A stretch of DNA of 64,000 bases from Carcharhinus amblyrhynchos (lineage: Eukaryota). The stretch covers positions 16,244,001-16,308,000 of the forward strand of contig OZ336889.1 in the NCBI GenBank assembly GCA_965287045.1, read 5' to 3'. The notes beneath the pieces are model-generated. The model was given only the letters and a program-made list of their open reading frames with translations, was not told the origin of the DNA and made no database searches. The position numbers and the translations under genes were made by a program. Of the stretch, positions 39,097 to 52,707 are shown one piece after another (within the stretch, counting starts at the first letter, position 1; every line of letters begins with the position of its first letter).

Positions 39097-39334
39097 GCTG
39101 TTGTGCTGCAGCAGTTGCTGCAATTCGACAGGGTGGACCATGGGACCCAGTATCTGACGCCACACTAGCACCGGCATCGTTGTCGCTGTCAGAGGCCATG
39201 GCAAATGGCAAAGCCTCAAAGTTGGCACTGATTTCCTCAGCTAGATCAATACATAGGTCAGCTGCATTTCGGTGTGCCTGACCCTCTGCATAAGCAAAAG
39301 GACGACATCCAAAGTTTGCACGAACTTTAGTATT
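39097..39334 (-). CDS. HECTD4: HECTD4 exon (NTKVRANFGCRPFAYAEG...AAQQ)
   Basis: aatag| acceptor, |gtaag donor; SPRY-like terminal NFG..PF motif. Confidence 0.92.
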
Positions 39335-39559
39335 CTATTAAAAACAAGCAGATGGAAACAAGCAATTGCAAGCTCAAGAATTTGCTCTATATAATTAGAA
39401 ATAACTAGAGATAATATACTGAAGAATAAATTGATGAATTTTGTCTTTTGATATGGGCTTATTTGGGAGAACGTGAATTCTCCATTCTGGAATCATGCAG
39501 ACGAGCATCAGAAGACCTCTAAATAGCCTATTCACCTTTAATTGCTTCATATTCCCAAT

Positions 39560-39860
39560 TTAAAAGATAAAAGACTTCAGAATGTCTGAAGTGCTTTACA
39601 GCATTTTTGAAGTAGAATTAATGTTATAATAGAGGAAGTGCAACAGTCACTTTGTGCACAACAAGGTTCCACAAACAACAACATGGTAAATCAACAGATA
39701 ACCTGCTTTTAGCATTGTGGTTGAAGGATAAATTGGCCAGAACACCAGGGAGAACTCCTGCTCTTCTTCAAAATCATGCCATGTGATCTTTTACCTTCAC
39801 TCCAGGGGATAATTTGAATCTCATCCAAAAAAATGAGACCTCTGACAGTGTAGCATGTTA
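39560..39860 (-). mobile_element. DeuSINE (SacSINE1-like) fragment
   Basis: ggccagaacaccagggagaactcctgctcttcttcaaaatcatgccatg Deu-domain-like block. Confidence 0.65.
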
Positions 39861-40855
39861 AGTTAGGAAGTATCACAACGCATATTATGCAAAGACACAC
39901 AAATTCTGCATGAAATAGTGTGTGCCAAAATCGGCATGTCTCTTGGGCATACTGTATCCACCAATTGTTGCATTCATCCTCCATCTTTAAACAAGCAATA
40001 ATCATCTTCGACTAAAAGTAATATCTTCACATTGCTTTGGTACTATTCCAGAAGCAAAATATTAAAGCCTTCAATATGTTTTTCTGGCAATGCGATTAAC
40101 AAGGAGCCAGTGAAGACAATGAAAAAAATTGAAAGCACAACCTCTACTACAAAAAGATTGGATATTGTAGTCGTGCACTTTTTAAGAATAATTGTAAGTT
40201 GTTCAAGGAAATACATATGGCACATCTACCAGACAGTATGGCCATGACTAACGGGCAACCTATGACATTGATCTGCCAAATATTCTGGTCAGGCAAAGGC
40301 TTTGCTGGACTCATGGATATTTTTTCTTTTGCAGTACACAGAGATAGAACTCTTCGTGTGTCTTGCACTGCTCATCAGGTAAAAGACAGAAGAGCAGTAT
40401 AGAAGATTCTCCAGACTGCAGCAAGATTAAATGGCTAAGCTAGTCATATAGCTTCACAGCAAAATGGTGCCTGGCAACCTTCACCTAACTTCAACATTTG
40501 TCAATTAAAAGCTAAAGATCATCGGAACAATTAAATCTAACGTAACAAGCATCTATCGTAAAAAACTGCCCAAACGGCACTGGTTGTTGTGTACTCCATG
40601 TTAGAATAAGCTGTTATTTCCATGTTGCAAACTGCAGCTCCAATATTCCTGAATGTTAGATGGTTAAAGAATCTGCCAGTAGCACAATTCCATAAAATAA
40701 ACATGTGGTACAGTAGCAAGTTCATGTTTTGGGCATTAAAGCTTCATGGTGGAATGTATTTTGATGATCTCAGTCCATCTTGAAACAACACAACCCTTCA
40801 ACTCATCATCTGGGTTATGTGCTGAAAATGAATGATAAATGAAACAATAAATTAC

Positions 40856-41019
40856 CTTTTTCTGAATGTGAACTACTGGCCACATGCCACCAGAAACATC
40901 TTCGAGGAATGGGCTCAGTCGCTGCCCACAATATGTGAAATATACTCTGCCCTTTGATGGCTGCCCCGGTGGTGGAGGGGTTCCATCGCTTCTCTCCCAA
41001 CCAATACCTGCTACATCAC
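40856..41019 (-). CDS. HECTD4: HECTD4 exon (DVAGIGWE...VYFTYCG...WPVVHIQKK)
   Basis: tttag| acceptor, |gtaat donor; SPRY-like motifs. Confidence 0.92.
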
Positions 41020-41154
41020 CTAAAGGAGGAAAAGAAGTTGAAGAGGAGAAAAATATATGCAGTGCAACCTATTTTAATTAGTGTTTTAAGAGTTTTTAAT
41101 AAAAAGTGAAGAAGGTTACAAGTCATGCTAAATGAGTTTAATTAGTGAAAAACC

Positions 41155-41314
41155 CACTGCAAAGACTTGGATGTTTGCTGTTCCTGGTTTACACTCCTTG
41201 ATTTACACTCCCAGTTGTTCAAATTATTGAGTGTAGATCATGGCTGTTTTGCTGCCTTGCTATAGGAATAGTTAACTATTGTGAGGAACAGCAAACCTCC
41301 AAGTCTTTGGAATG
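41155..41314. mobile_element. Short MITE-like element with long TIRs
   Basis: 41160-41185 vs rc of 41284-41309 match 25/26. Confidence 0.7.
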
Positions 41315-42494
41315 TGTTCATATGTTCACATTAGCTGGGAAAATCGTTACATTAGTTTCTGATGTCCTAAATTGTTGAACTGCCTGGCAACTCTGACACT
41401 ATATGGTCTCCAAAAATAAGAATGGTCACTTGGGTGTGGTAGCAAAGACCGTGAAGATCACCACACAAAAATAAAACAATACCTTCGTAAATGAAGGTTT
41501 AAAAAAGGGGAAAAACAATACTTACTGTTGATATAGTACAATCTTTCTTTAAAATAAAAAAGAAATTTAATTAGCTGTTCTGAATGCTTTAAGAAAACTG
41601 TCTCCGAGGATGAACATGTGGCACGAGGTGTGAAAACTCAGTTTAAAACTGGGCATATATCTCCTTGGTGGTAGATGAGGCTGAAGCATAGGTGTAAACC
41701 CTCTCTTCATTATGTTCATTCTAGCAGGACCATTTTTAACCGCTTGTTAACTGTGTGATTTAAGTGACTAAAAATTATAACAGGAATATGGAGTATAGAA
41801 TTATTCAATATAGTCTGAAAAGAATATTTTTAGAAATATATTTTCTTTATTTAATCTACAAAATCCCACCTTATTCAAAAAATTGATTATAGTCCAACCA
41901 ATTTAGATCAGTTCAGGGATCATTCAATTTTGTCAAAGCAAGTAGTTTATTAACATAAGCAGCTCACACTGGAAGGCAAGAAATGTAATTATTTTGAAAA
42001 CCTAACAAGGCTTTCATAATTAAAAGTTTGATAACTTAATTTTTTTTAGCTAATTGATTTTTGAAGGGATAAAATCCTTTCGCAGGAGTCAAACTGCAGA
42101 TCAGAGGATGAAAGAGCCAGCTGCTCCTGGTTGGGCACTGAGCTTCACATTTAGGGATCAAGGTTCATGTTGGCTGGCAATGTAAACAGTTTATGACAAA
42201 CCTTTGATGCTATTAGGAGCTTTAAAAAGTCACACTGACTTAAAAAGGCCAGAGATCATGTTGACATCATCATGAATACAGTTTTTTGTTAAAGTATGCT
42301 GGAAAGGAATGCAACTTAACTTTCAGGTGGACATAAACGAGTCTAAGGAAAGTGAATAGAAGTACAATATAGACATATATTGAGACAAGCAATTTCTCGC
42401 TTTTTTTGGTTCCATTATGAAAGTTAAGTGATTTAACAATTTACTGGTTAAACAAATTTCAGGGTGATATACGTGACTTAAGTATATGCTTAGG

Positions 42495-43540
42495 TGATGG
42501 AACAACAAGCACTTAGACAACACCTTTAACAAAGTTCCAAAGCACTGGACAGGACCAATTATCAACCAAGATTTAACATAAGCCACATAAGGAGATGCTA
42601 GGACTGCTAATCCAAAAATTGGTAGCGGGTTAGGAGGAGTGAGACTTAGGGAGGTAGACAGATTTCAGGAGGGAATTTCAGAGCTTGGGACCTCAACAGT
42701 TAAAGGCACAATCAACAATGAAAATCAAGCCTGGCAAAAGGCCAGAATTGAAGAACTACCAAGATCTCTGTGGATTGTCTAACAAATGGTTGAGTGGTAG
42801 GTAGGGTTGGACTATGGTCACATTTGAAAACAAGGATGAGATTTTAAAGACAGGAATTTCCAGATGGAGGGCTAATCCAGCCCAACAAGCACATGGATGA
42901 GGAATGAATAGGACTTAGTGTGTGCTACAATAGGTATAGCAGAGATGAGTTAGTTGTTAGCTTGTGCAAAGTGGGCAACCGGACAAGAGAGCATTAGAAT
43001 AGTCAAGTGTAGAAGTAACAGTGGCATTGATGAGGATTTCAGCAGTTAGGTTGAAGTAGCAGCACAGTAATAACCTTATAATGGTAAAAATAAGCAGTCA
43101 TTATGATGGGGAGGATATGCAATCTCTAAAGTAGGATGCTATGGTTGCAAAGTCAAGTTCTGACTCAGACTGAGATGGCTGGAGTGACTAGGGTACAGGA
43201 TTTGTAACGGGGCTGGAAGATAATTGCTTTAGTCTTCCCAATATAGAACTGGAAGAATTTTCTGTTCATCCAATGTCTAACCTCATCAGCGGAAAGAGAA
43301 GGGTCAAGAGTGGTCAGGTATGTTGTCTATTTATATGTGGAATTTAATGTTGCCTTAGGTGATGTTGCTAAGGAAGTATGTGGATGAGAAATAGGAGGAG
43401 GCTAATAATAGATTCTTGAGTGACTCCAAAGGTAGCAATGCAGGAGCAGGATGAAAAGTCAGTAGAAGTGATTTGCTGACTATGAATAGATAACTAGGAA
43501 TGGAACCAGGTGAAGTCCCACCCAGCTGGACAACAGAATT
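42495..43540 (-). mobile_element. Decayed L2-type LINE 3' portion
   Basis: rc of agagcattagaatagtcaagtg gives the LDYSNAL motif; 3' region shared with 33830-34200. Confidence 0.6.
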
Positions 43541-43913
43541 AAGGATTCAGGTCATCACACAAATCATAACAAAGGTCATGAAAGGTTTAAGACTGTCAGG
43601 AGAACAAGGCTATAACTTGAAGTGGGTTGCTGTCATGATAAAAACAAAATTCAGTTGACTTGTTAGCATTTACAAACCAAGATTCGTTCACACAATGAAG
43701 CATCCACTTTGTTCTGAAAACACTTGTTATAAAGTTTTACAAGGGAGGAGCTGAACTGAACAATTTGCAAACATACTAATACAAAGCTGAGGGGAAAATC
43801 ATTAAATTTGAATGACATGACAAAACTCAATAAAAGCAATTCTGAAATTTTGACCACTTTGAAATATATCCCAATTAAAACAAAACAATGCGCATGAAAC
43901 AACTGCCATTTAC

Positions 43914-43993
43914 CAGGTGACAAGGTGACATCTAACCGAACACTCTTCCACTGCAGCAGACTGGATCCATTGTAATGCACAGCTCTCCCATTA
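43914..43993 (-). CDS. HECTD4: HECTD4 exon (NGRAVHYNGSSLLQWKSVRLDVTLSP)
   Basis: tgcag| acceptor, |gtaaa donor. Confidence 0.9.
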
Positions 43994-44464
43994 CTGCAGA
44001 GAGAAAAAGAAATAAACAAAAAAAATGCAACTTCTTTGTTCTACAAGCATTGTTCTGAAGTGCAAATTAGGAGTGTAGCACAATTATGTGCTAATGCATG
44101 GACTCAACCTACAGGAAAAAAGCAGTTGCAACCACAAGTTTCTTCACATGACAAAATTCAGGACATCAGCCACAATATTGAGGGAAAGTATCAAGATGAA
44201 GCTAGGTTAATATTTTTTTCCCCCATGCATTGCTGAACCACCATCATTTGGTCTTCTTTTCAGTAGTTAGCTTGAGGGGTTTGTTGAATAATATCAAGCT
44301 ACAAGTCAACTCCTGTTTTAGCCTAATATGAAAGAAAATGTGGCAGAACACTATTGATCTTTGTGACAAAGAAAGATAATGCATTTCATTATGGGATGAC
44401 AAGTAAAACTAAACTGCAGTTAAACCATGCTCTCTTCGCACAACAGAAAATTCTGAACACATAC

Positions 44465-44613
44465 TTGTGGAAGAGGCAGGTTCCAACAGGATTTGTCCAA
44501 GCTCCATCCCTTTTTTCAGCTTCTGTAGCAAATCCAAATGACACTATTGGGCCACTGTCATCATCTGTGTCGCCATAGGAAACAATCTCTAACTCCCAAT
44601 AAAATGATGGTGC
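44465..44613 (-). CDS. HECTD4: HECTD4 exon (APSFYWELEIVSYG...GTCLFH)
   Basis: ctaag| acceptor, |gtatg donor; SPRY-like YWE motif. Confidence 0.9.
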
Positions 44614-45487
44614 CTTAGAAGAACACAAACAACATTAACTGTAAATATCTGACTAGCTATATGCATTTCATAATTAAATAGGAATAAATACATACTGTTT
44701 TAATTTTATTTGTTAAAAGCTGGTAATATGAATAAGTACTTGAAACTGCTGCACATAAAACTAAAGCATTTCACTATTAATTATGACATGTAGTTTTAAT
44801 TATTTTAAAATTGTATATAGTGTCCTAATGATAGCTGATACAGTTTAATTATCCATGTACGTACTAATAAAGGGGCCTGATGTCTGAAGGACAAATATAA
44901 AATAGTATTTTAATTGATGGAAACAGCACTACTTTCCCTTAGATCCCAAATTCCACGGGAGTAACTGCTTTAAATAGTTTTCAGTCATCCTTACCTATGT
45001 CATTATGTTAACCACTGGAATAATAATAAGACAAAAATAGGTAAGTGCCTAATTAGTTCAGTGTATAGGCGGCACAAAGAGTTTGCTTCCATCTGACAAT
45101 GATTGACAACAAGGTTTTCAAAACATTGGGAATGGATTCATAGGGACTCATCATCACAAAAAAGGTTAAATTCTGACAAAGATCCCACCCAATATATTAA
45201 ACCATTTCTCTTTTAGATATTGGCTGGCCTGCAATAAACATTCAGCACTTGGCATTTGTTTCCATTCAATTTTTTCTCTTTTCTCAGGCTGCCGATTCAA
45301 AGTCACTTGTTCTGATTGTTGAAAGCTATTGAAGCAATCTGATTAATTTTCTTCTCTCTCATCCAAGCACTCAGACAACATGACTTCTTGCTAGCTTGCT
45401 GATTCAATGCAAGTGGCATTGAAGTTATTGTAATAGTATTCATATGATTTCAGTGCCTCCCTTATTCACTTGCTGCCAAACTCTTAC

Positions 45488-45649
45488 CTGTACAGGTATC
45501 TGTGATGTGGCATAGATGAATGTCCCACGAGGCAAGCCCCCGCCTGCGCTTGGATCAGCTAGGAATGTCACAGCAGTAAGATGGGAAGAAAACATGCAGG
45601 CTCGCACAGGAGGGAAAACCCGAGAGGGGCACCAAGTAATTTCTTTTGG
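45488..45649 (-). CDS. HECTD4: HECTD4 exon (PKEITWCPSRVFPP...QIPVQ)
   Basis: tccag| acceptor, |gtaag donor. Confidence 0.92.
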
Positions 45650-47506
45650 CTGGAAGAATGAAGAAAGGGGAAGTAACACTTTCAATTTCAAATCTACTTC
45701 AAAATGACCCACTTTCAAAAAACAAAAATGATAATGTTCCTTTAACCTGACACACTAAACGACGCCCAATCAAGCAAAGTGAACATCTGCCAACAGGCTA
45801 AACAAAGTATATTTATGATCAGGCTAAGGTCCCCCAATACCCTTGCGAGTGAAAGCATCATTTGGGATTATACACAGTGACACAGGCTAGAAGTAATTTC
45901 AATTTTATATATCTAGTGAGCTAGCTGATTTCTATAAAAACATCAATTGATTTGTAGTTCCTTGGCTTGGGAGGGAGATAAAATCAAAAAAAGAGCAAAA
46001 AGCCTTTTCCCAATCATTATTCAGTGACCCTTTTGGAAAGAATGTGGCTCAATGTCCAACAAGAACAGAATCGGGCTCATCCAGTCTTTTTACGCTCACT
46101 GGTTGAGCTTATGCATTAAGGGAACTTGGGTGAGGCACTGGATAAATAACCAGTTTCCCAGTAAGAATCAGTATCTTCAGAAGGGGAGAAAATTGGCAAA
46201 AATTCACCTCCAAATTATTTCCTTATATTTTCTTTACTGAATTACATTGATTCAGTTCTCAAACCACTAGGATCCACCTGAAAAAAGGAAAAAAAAATCA
46301 CTGAGCAAATAACCAATGGCCACCCTTGTGCACTTGCTTGCTACTGTCGATAAGGCAGCATGGTCAAATGGCCGGAAGTGGTGCAGTTCCACCGTCTTTA
46401 TTGCGGTACAAACATGTACAGCAATGCACAGGTGTAAGCAAAAAAAAAATCAAAAATATATAACAATGTAATATGGGACATGGAATTTGTTCTGACTGAA
46501 GTACAAATAAGGGAAAGATAAATGTTACAACTTTGACCAGACAGCTGCAACGAAACTGCAACGACTACACGATTAAAACATGACGATTCTTGAAGCTCCA
46601 ATGGCCAGTAACTTCCTGAGAGTGCACGATTGCCACTCTGTAGCGAATTAACTTCACTGGAATTTCAAATCTCCAGCAAAGTGTAAATGGAGTGCAGTGA
46701 AGGACATGCCCCCCCTTTTTACAGCAATAATGTGAACAGGATGTGGGGGACCAGCTTCAGACATCAGGTTGGGTGGGTCTGGTGTCAGGATGGAGGGTGT
46801 GGTCCCCTGCAGGGTTTTGTCTGGGGTCTTTAAAATTGTGACTTTGAAGTTACCAAGGGAAGTCAGCCCTTCTGGACAATTGCTCGGTAAACTCTTGTCT
46901 GGTAATTTTTCAGGGAGATCCCCCATCACATTATTAAATGCAACGCTGCGCAGACAGGAAGTTATAAACCAATCCTATCATAACATGGTGTAATGCGTTT
47001 ATTCTGATATAAAAAGTTGCTGTCCAGGTGCTGAACTACTACAGAGTTGCATATAAAACGTAATATGTGGAAAACTGGGACAAAGTGAACAGTATTACGA
47101 AACAGAATCACAGAATTGTTATGGTGCAGGAGGCTATCATTTGGTCCATTAAGTCTGCGTGAGCTTTTACTTCCCAAACTCAGAGTCAATGAAATCCCTT
47201 CTAGTACTGGAGTTTCAATTATGTGCATCTACTCTTAAACCTTATTAAAATGATTGTTATGGAGCAACAGATACCAAAGAGTATAAAGAGTTGGTTGACT
47301 GATTCATCTTCCACAGGTTATGTTGCTAGCTAGCTAACTAACTAACCAATCATAGAATTAGGTAATCTCAAGTGGAGAAGCTAATAAAGTAATCAAAGTG
47401 ATGTTGAAAAGAATACTCAGTGGAATAATGTCAGCATCTCAGTGAAGTGGAGTAATAGAGTGGGTAATAATGTGGCTTCATTACATGTACCTTGCAGTAC
47501 TATTAC

Positions 47507-47610
47507 CTGTCTCCTGTCAGATTGCAGTGGGGGAGGAGGGGGACGAGCACAGTCACGGTATAACATCCGTAGTCTCTCACACTGAGCCTCCACAACCACC
47601 AATCGTTCAC
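47507..47610 (-). CDS. HECTD4: HECTD4 exon (ERLVVVEAQCERLRML...DRRQ)
   Basis: cgcag| acceptor, |gtaat donor. Confidence 0.92.
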
Positions 47611-48454
47611 CTGCGAATAAGAGGGTATTTTCTTAATAAAAATGAATGAATAAGCAGTTGCAAGAAACAAAAGTATGCAGACTGCACAGTATCATACAGG
47701 CAATTTTGTAATCAGGTACACAGAAGACAACATAAGATCTCATTATTGTGCTCTGCCCTCGACTTACAAATGAACTTGTTATTTTAAACTTTGATGCAGA
47801 AATGCAACCAAAATCCTCAACTGCTATAGGAAGAAAACAATGAAATGGTGAAATGCGGGAAATAGTAACATCATTATGACAACACTTGGAAGCTTTAAAT
47901 CAAACAGACTTTAATGTGAGCAATGTAATTCCAAATTAAAATAGCACAAAGAGAATCACAAGGACAAAGTTGACCAGTTGATAGACGTCATAAGACAAAA
48001 TTGACCAGTGAAGTCATAAGTCTCGAGAATGAAGTGATTGATAGTTACAGATTTGTAACCTCTGGTTTAGGATTACAGAATAGCTAAAACCACAGGAGAC
48101 CATTCATGCCCTTACTGGCTCTCTGCAGGAACTCAACTAGTCCCACTCCTTTGCCTATTGCCATAGCCCTGCAATTTTTTCTCTCTTCAGATGATTAACC
48201 AATTCTCTATTGAAAGTCATGACTGAACCTGCTTCCACCCCACACAATCTACATTGTGCAGATTTCATTCAAGAGTTTATTCAATTTTAAGTAACATTTT
48301 GCATACGGTATTAGCTGGTAAGAGTTAACTTCATGTGGTTGCTTTGTGCTCCATGCCCATGGTATCGCAAAGATATTGGCAAAAAACATGTGTTCTGAAA
48401 ATACTCACTCAGAATCTACTTCATTTAACCACACTTTAAAACAATGATACATAC

Positions 48455-48570
48455 CAGGGCTGCACTCTTGTGCCACCAGGTTTAGGACCTCTACTGCTGC
48501 TGGACACTGCTGAATAAACTCCTCACAGAACAAACTATCTTCCAGTAACTGGGCCATCACTAAGCAGGCT
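48455..48570 (-). CDS. HECTD4: HECTD4 exon (ACLVMAQLLEDSLF...QECSP)
   Basis: tacag| acceptor, |gtatg donor. Confidence 0.92.
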
Positions 48571-48769
48571 CTGTAAAAGTAACAGAATTGTCAGTTACAT
48601 CAATGTAATCAAGGACTGAAGTTACAGCACCACTCACTGTTTATCGTAATGGGTTAATCAGCATGTTCTGTGTCTTTAGGACAGAGGTTAAATATAATGA
48701 GAAAATAACATTTAGTGATGATGTCCCAGAATTCCAAATTGCCTATTTTCTCACATTTATAATACTTTT

Positions 48770-48935
48770 AAATGTATGTGTGGGTTAGGTCGATTGGCTG
48801 TGCTAAATTGACCCTAGTGTCAGGGGGATTAGCAGGGTCGATGTGTGGGTTTACAGGAGTAGGGCCTGGGTAGAATTATGGTTGGTACAGACTCGATGGG
48901 CCGAATGGCCTCCTTTTGTACTATAGAGATGCTAC
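48770..48935 (+). mobile_element. HE1-like SINE 3' half
   Basis: gggttaggtcgattggctgtgctaaattg...gactcgatgggccgaatggcctcc. Confidence 0.75.
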
Positions 48936-49907
48936 ACTGCTATTGTGTGCCCCGAGTCACTGTAGCAGAACACTTTTTTGGTAAAAGTCACGCATCCTGA
49001 ATCAACACAGAACAATAGAACTGTCAACAATAAATTAATTGGATAATGTACTGGCATATCCAGTTTATAAAACATACTAGATGAACTGAGAACCACTAAT
49101 CCAATATGCCCAGGTCTCTGATGGACTTAACATTGGAGTCCCAGTTAGTTTTTTCAGATAATGGAGGTCTGGTAAGGCAGGGATGCAGAATCTGAAGGTT
49201 TCTCCTCAATTACTTGGCTGTCCTTACTTCAAATTTAAAAACAGTTCCTTTTTGCTGATCAATTGATTTTTTTGTCAATGAAACTGCACAAGTCTTCACA
49301 AGGACATGATCTAGAATTAGTTGTGCAACTATACAAACTGTTCCACAAAGGATCAATAACCTTATCAACTAGAGTTCAAAAGCTACCAAGATTTTGGCAC
49401 AAATTATCCATTTTTAAAATTTATTCTTTCATTGGATATGGGTTTCGCTGACTTGGCCAGCACGTCGGCATGCTTGCCGCAGGTGCACTTAAGGATATTT
49501 CAGGCAAAATCTTTTAAGAGAAAGTTGATCATTTGTTCAATCAGGGTTACTGGAAATATACACGGCTTTAAGAAATTTGACTTGGCAATTGGCACCTCAG
49601 TTAAATTATGAAGTCTAAATACATAGCACAGAAATCACAAACACACGAACAGCTTAGGTCCAAAACATCAAATTCATCAAGCAATTTTACAGATCAGTTA
49701 TGGTCCCGTCAATCAACATTAAGATCTTTAAGCATATTCTTTCCTTGTAAACAATGTCGGTCAGGAACTCAAATTTGAGAAGGATGCTTTTCAAATATGG
49801 CACACCAAATTGTTTCATGAAAAAAAACTTTTTTATAATCTGCCGAGAACAAGGTAAAACCAAAGACAAATGCAACAAAAAACATAACTTGAGCCAGGTT
49901 ACATTAC

Positions 49908-50077
49908 CTTGTCCTTATTTCAGCTACAAGTCGCACTACTGCCATCACAGGAGTGGAACCATCACCAATTGCAGGGAGTGAAGTCAGAATAGAGAGACTC
50001 CCCTCCTGTGGGAGCAACATGGACTGAACTGCCTGGACTACTTTCTCAGTGATGGACAGTTTATGCAAAGGCAAGGC
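49908..50077 (-). CDS. HECTD4: HECTD4 exon (ALPLHKLSITEKVV...AEIRTR)
   Basis: tttag| acceptor, |gtaat donor. Confidence 0.92.
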
Positions 50078-50903
50078 CTAAAAAGTACATTTAAAAAAAA
50101 ATCAAAGCACGTGTTAAGGCACAACTTTTAAAAGTATCACAAATTTTTAATTTTTTTTGTTAAGCAATTAAGGCCATCAACATTTTTGGGACACTACTGC
50201 CCCCATTTTCTTTCCCATGTCATTTCTTCCCCATCTCAACAGCATTCAATGACCTCAAACCAAGGTAGTGTGGAACCGATGGCACTCCAAAATCGACCAG
50301 TGTTCACCTGCTGTTGTGTCAGTTTATTGATAAAACTAGGAATGCACACATGATGAACTCCCAGTTGAAACCATAGTCTTATGACTCTGGGGTTGAATGA
50401 GGACTCAAGTTATTCAAAACAACAGACACAAATTGTCTAAAATTTTTACTGCACAAATCATGAAACACATTGTATGTGCTTTCAATTGTTTACATCATCC
50501 TGAATTAAGCAGACTTTTAAACAAGCCACAATTTTATTGTGAGAAGGTGGTGGGGAATGGAGAGAGATGAGGACCACTACAGTCTTACCATCTCATCCTC
50601 CATTAACATTACATTAAATTAACACATCCAAGTAAATGAGATGGAGGGGATGAGATGTGGTTCCTAACAATGCAGCTGAGAGATGCCAGCAATCAATACA
50701 AAACAGTGGGAGAATATGATCTTGCAACACAGAATTTAAATACAGGATATCATAAAAAAATCTGGCAGACTAGTTTGTATCTGGCAGGAGGCAAACACCA
50801 CAGAAGTACAATAAAATGTATTATTACAGTCACTGTCAAAACCATGTAACAGTATAACAATTAACAGATTATTCTGAGATCAATATTTCCAAACAACTTA
50901 ATT

Positions 50904-51212
50904 CAGAGGTTCCCAAACTGTAGGCCGCAAACTCTGAAGCAGCAATGACCAGTGTAGAAAGGAGACTCAAATTTGACACATTACATGTTCATAATTATTT
51001 TTGCCTATGGGCATGGCCTAATATAATGAGCTTGAAGGCCCAATTGCCTCCAAAATGTGTCTTAGATGTTTCTTGCATTTTTATCCCTGCTGCTTGAACC
51101 CCTACCCTGCTTAAACACTCTCTCCTGCCACACCCCAGTTTTCACTGTGGGGTCACACCAGTGGTGAAGAATGGAAATTGGATCACAGTAGAAAATGGTT
51201 TGGGAAGCACTG
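50904..51212. mobile_element. hAT-Charlie-type MITE
   Basis: TIR cagaggttcccaaac vs rc cagtgcttcccaaac; 8-bp TSD acttaatt / acttaaat. Confidence 0.8.
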
Positions 51213-51278
51213 ACTTAAATGGTTGCCATTTCACTATCAGCAGTCCCACTCCACAGCTGGTTTCTATAAACAACTAAC

Positions 51279-51443
51279 CTCACATCGTGGAGTACATAGT
51301 CTTGATATTGGAACAGTCACCGTGTCTGATGCTTTGGAAGCCTTTCGAAAATCAGACAAGGGGAGTCGGACTGTGGCAATACCTTCTTGCTCATTAATAG
51401 AGGTCACCACTCCAATGCTTCCAGATATCCCTTTCCCTGAAAC
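51279..51443 (-). CDS. HECTD4: HECTD4 exon (VSGKGISGS...CTPRCE)
   Basis: cttag| acceptor, |gttag donor. Confidence 0.9.
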
Positions 51444-52524
51444 CTAAGAGAAAACATTAATTCATGACTAAAACTAAAGCTGTTGCATTCCCAGCTTTTT
51501 TAAAAAAATTAGAAGTTTATAACACAGAAAAAGGCTACAAAATGCAATTTGATGAGAGCAGACCACTCCCCCCCCACCCGCCACAAACAAGTCCAAATCA
51601 AATTTAGCAACCCTGTTCCAATAGCTCTTCAATCCTTTTCCTTCATAGGAACAGGGGGCCATTCACCCATTGAATCTGTCCTGCCATTTGTTTAGGTCAT
51701 AGCTGATTCATACTCCAACACAATTTTAGCTATCTTCATTCCATATCTCTTCATATCCTTCATACACCTAATCGAACCTTATTAACTTGACCTAGTTTCT
51801 GTCTCAACCAGTAATTCACAAAGTGAATTTTACAGCCTCATGATTTTGCACGAGTTTCTCCTGACCCTGCTCTAAATTTCTTAGATTTAATCTTGTTTCT
51901 ATGCCCCCGCATTCTTAATGCTTCAACTACTGGAAATACAAAATCCGTTTTCATATATACCACCCTTTTGCATTTCAATACCTTTCCCATATCATCCCAG
52001 AATCAGTGATATTCCAACAAAAAAGACAACACAAAATTTCAAATCTTCATATTTTGTATTTCCTTACTGCAAGTACTGTCATTGCAAATCTACATTGAAC
52101 TCCCACTGAGGACTAAAATTTTTCCTCCAACAAGGAGCACAATACTCCATCATGCTTTACTGATTTTTTTTTGGGCAGCCTCATTGTTACTTTTTGACCA
52201 TTATTGTCTATAACCCTTAAACCCCCTTGTTCTTTTTTTTAAAAACAGCCTGATCATCTTTGGGTATTGCCTTTAATGCCATGTAACCTACACCTCCAAT
52301 TACCTCAGCTCATCTACAGAGCTTATGCCCAGGGAGAAGTTATTTCTGGTAAAATGAATCACCTCACTACTGACGTCAATCACTGAAATATCAAAGCAAT
52401 CTCTGAAAGTGCTCACAAAAAAACAGGATCAGTTTGGATGCATAATTTCTATTAAAATTTAATTTTACAACGGAAGTCTTGCACATGGGCACACAAGAAA
52501 AACGTGTGGACAATGGGTCATTAC

Positions 52525-52707
52525 CTGCACTTCAGATCCTATTTTAATGGTCTCTTTGAAGCCCCCAAGCGCACAGAGTGCTGCCACTGCCTGTCGCCCA
52601 ATAGCCTGTAGTTTTGCCAACTTCCTCCCACTGCTACTTCCATTCTCCAGGACAGTTTCTGCATATTTACCAAGCTGAGGGATGTACATCAGTGCTCGAG
52701 ACAGAAC
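52525..52707 (-). CDS. HECTD4: HECTD4 exon (VLSRALMYIPQLGKY...GSEVQ)
   Basis: gacag| acceptor, |gtaat donor. Confidence 0.92.
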
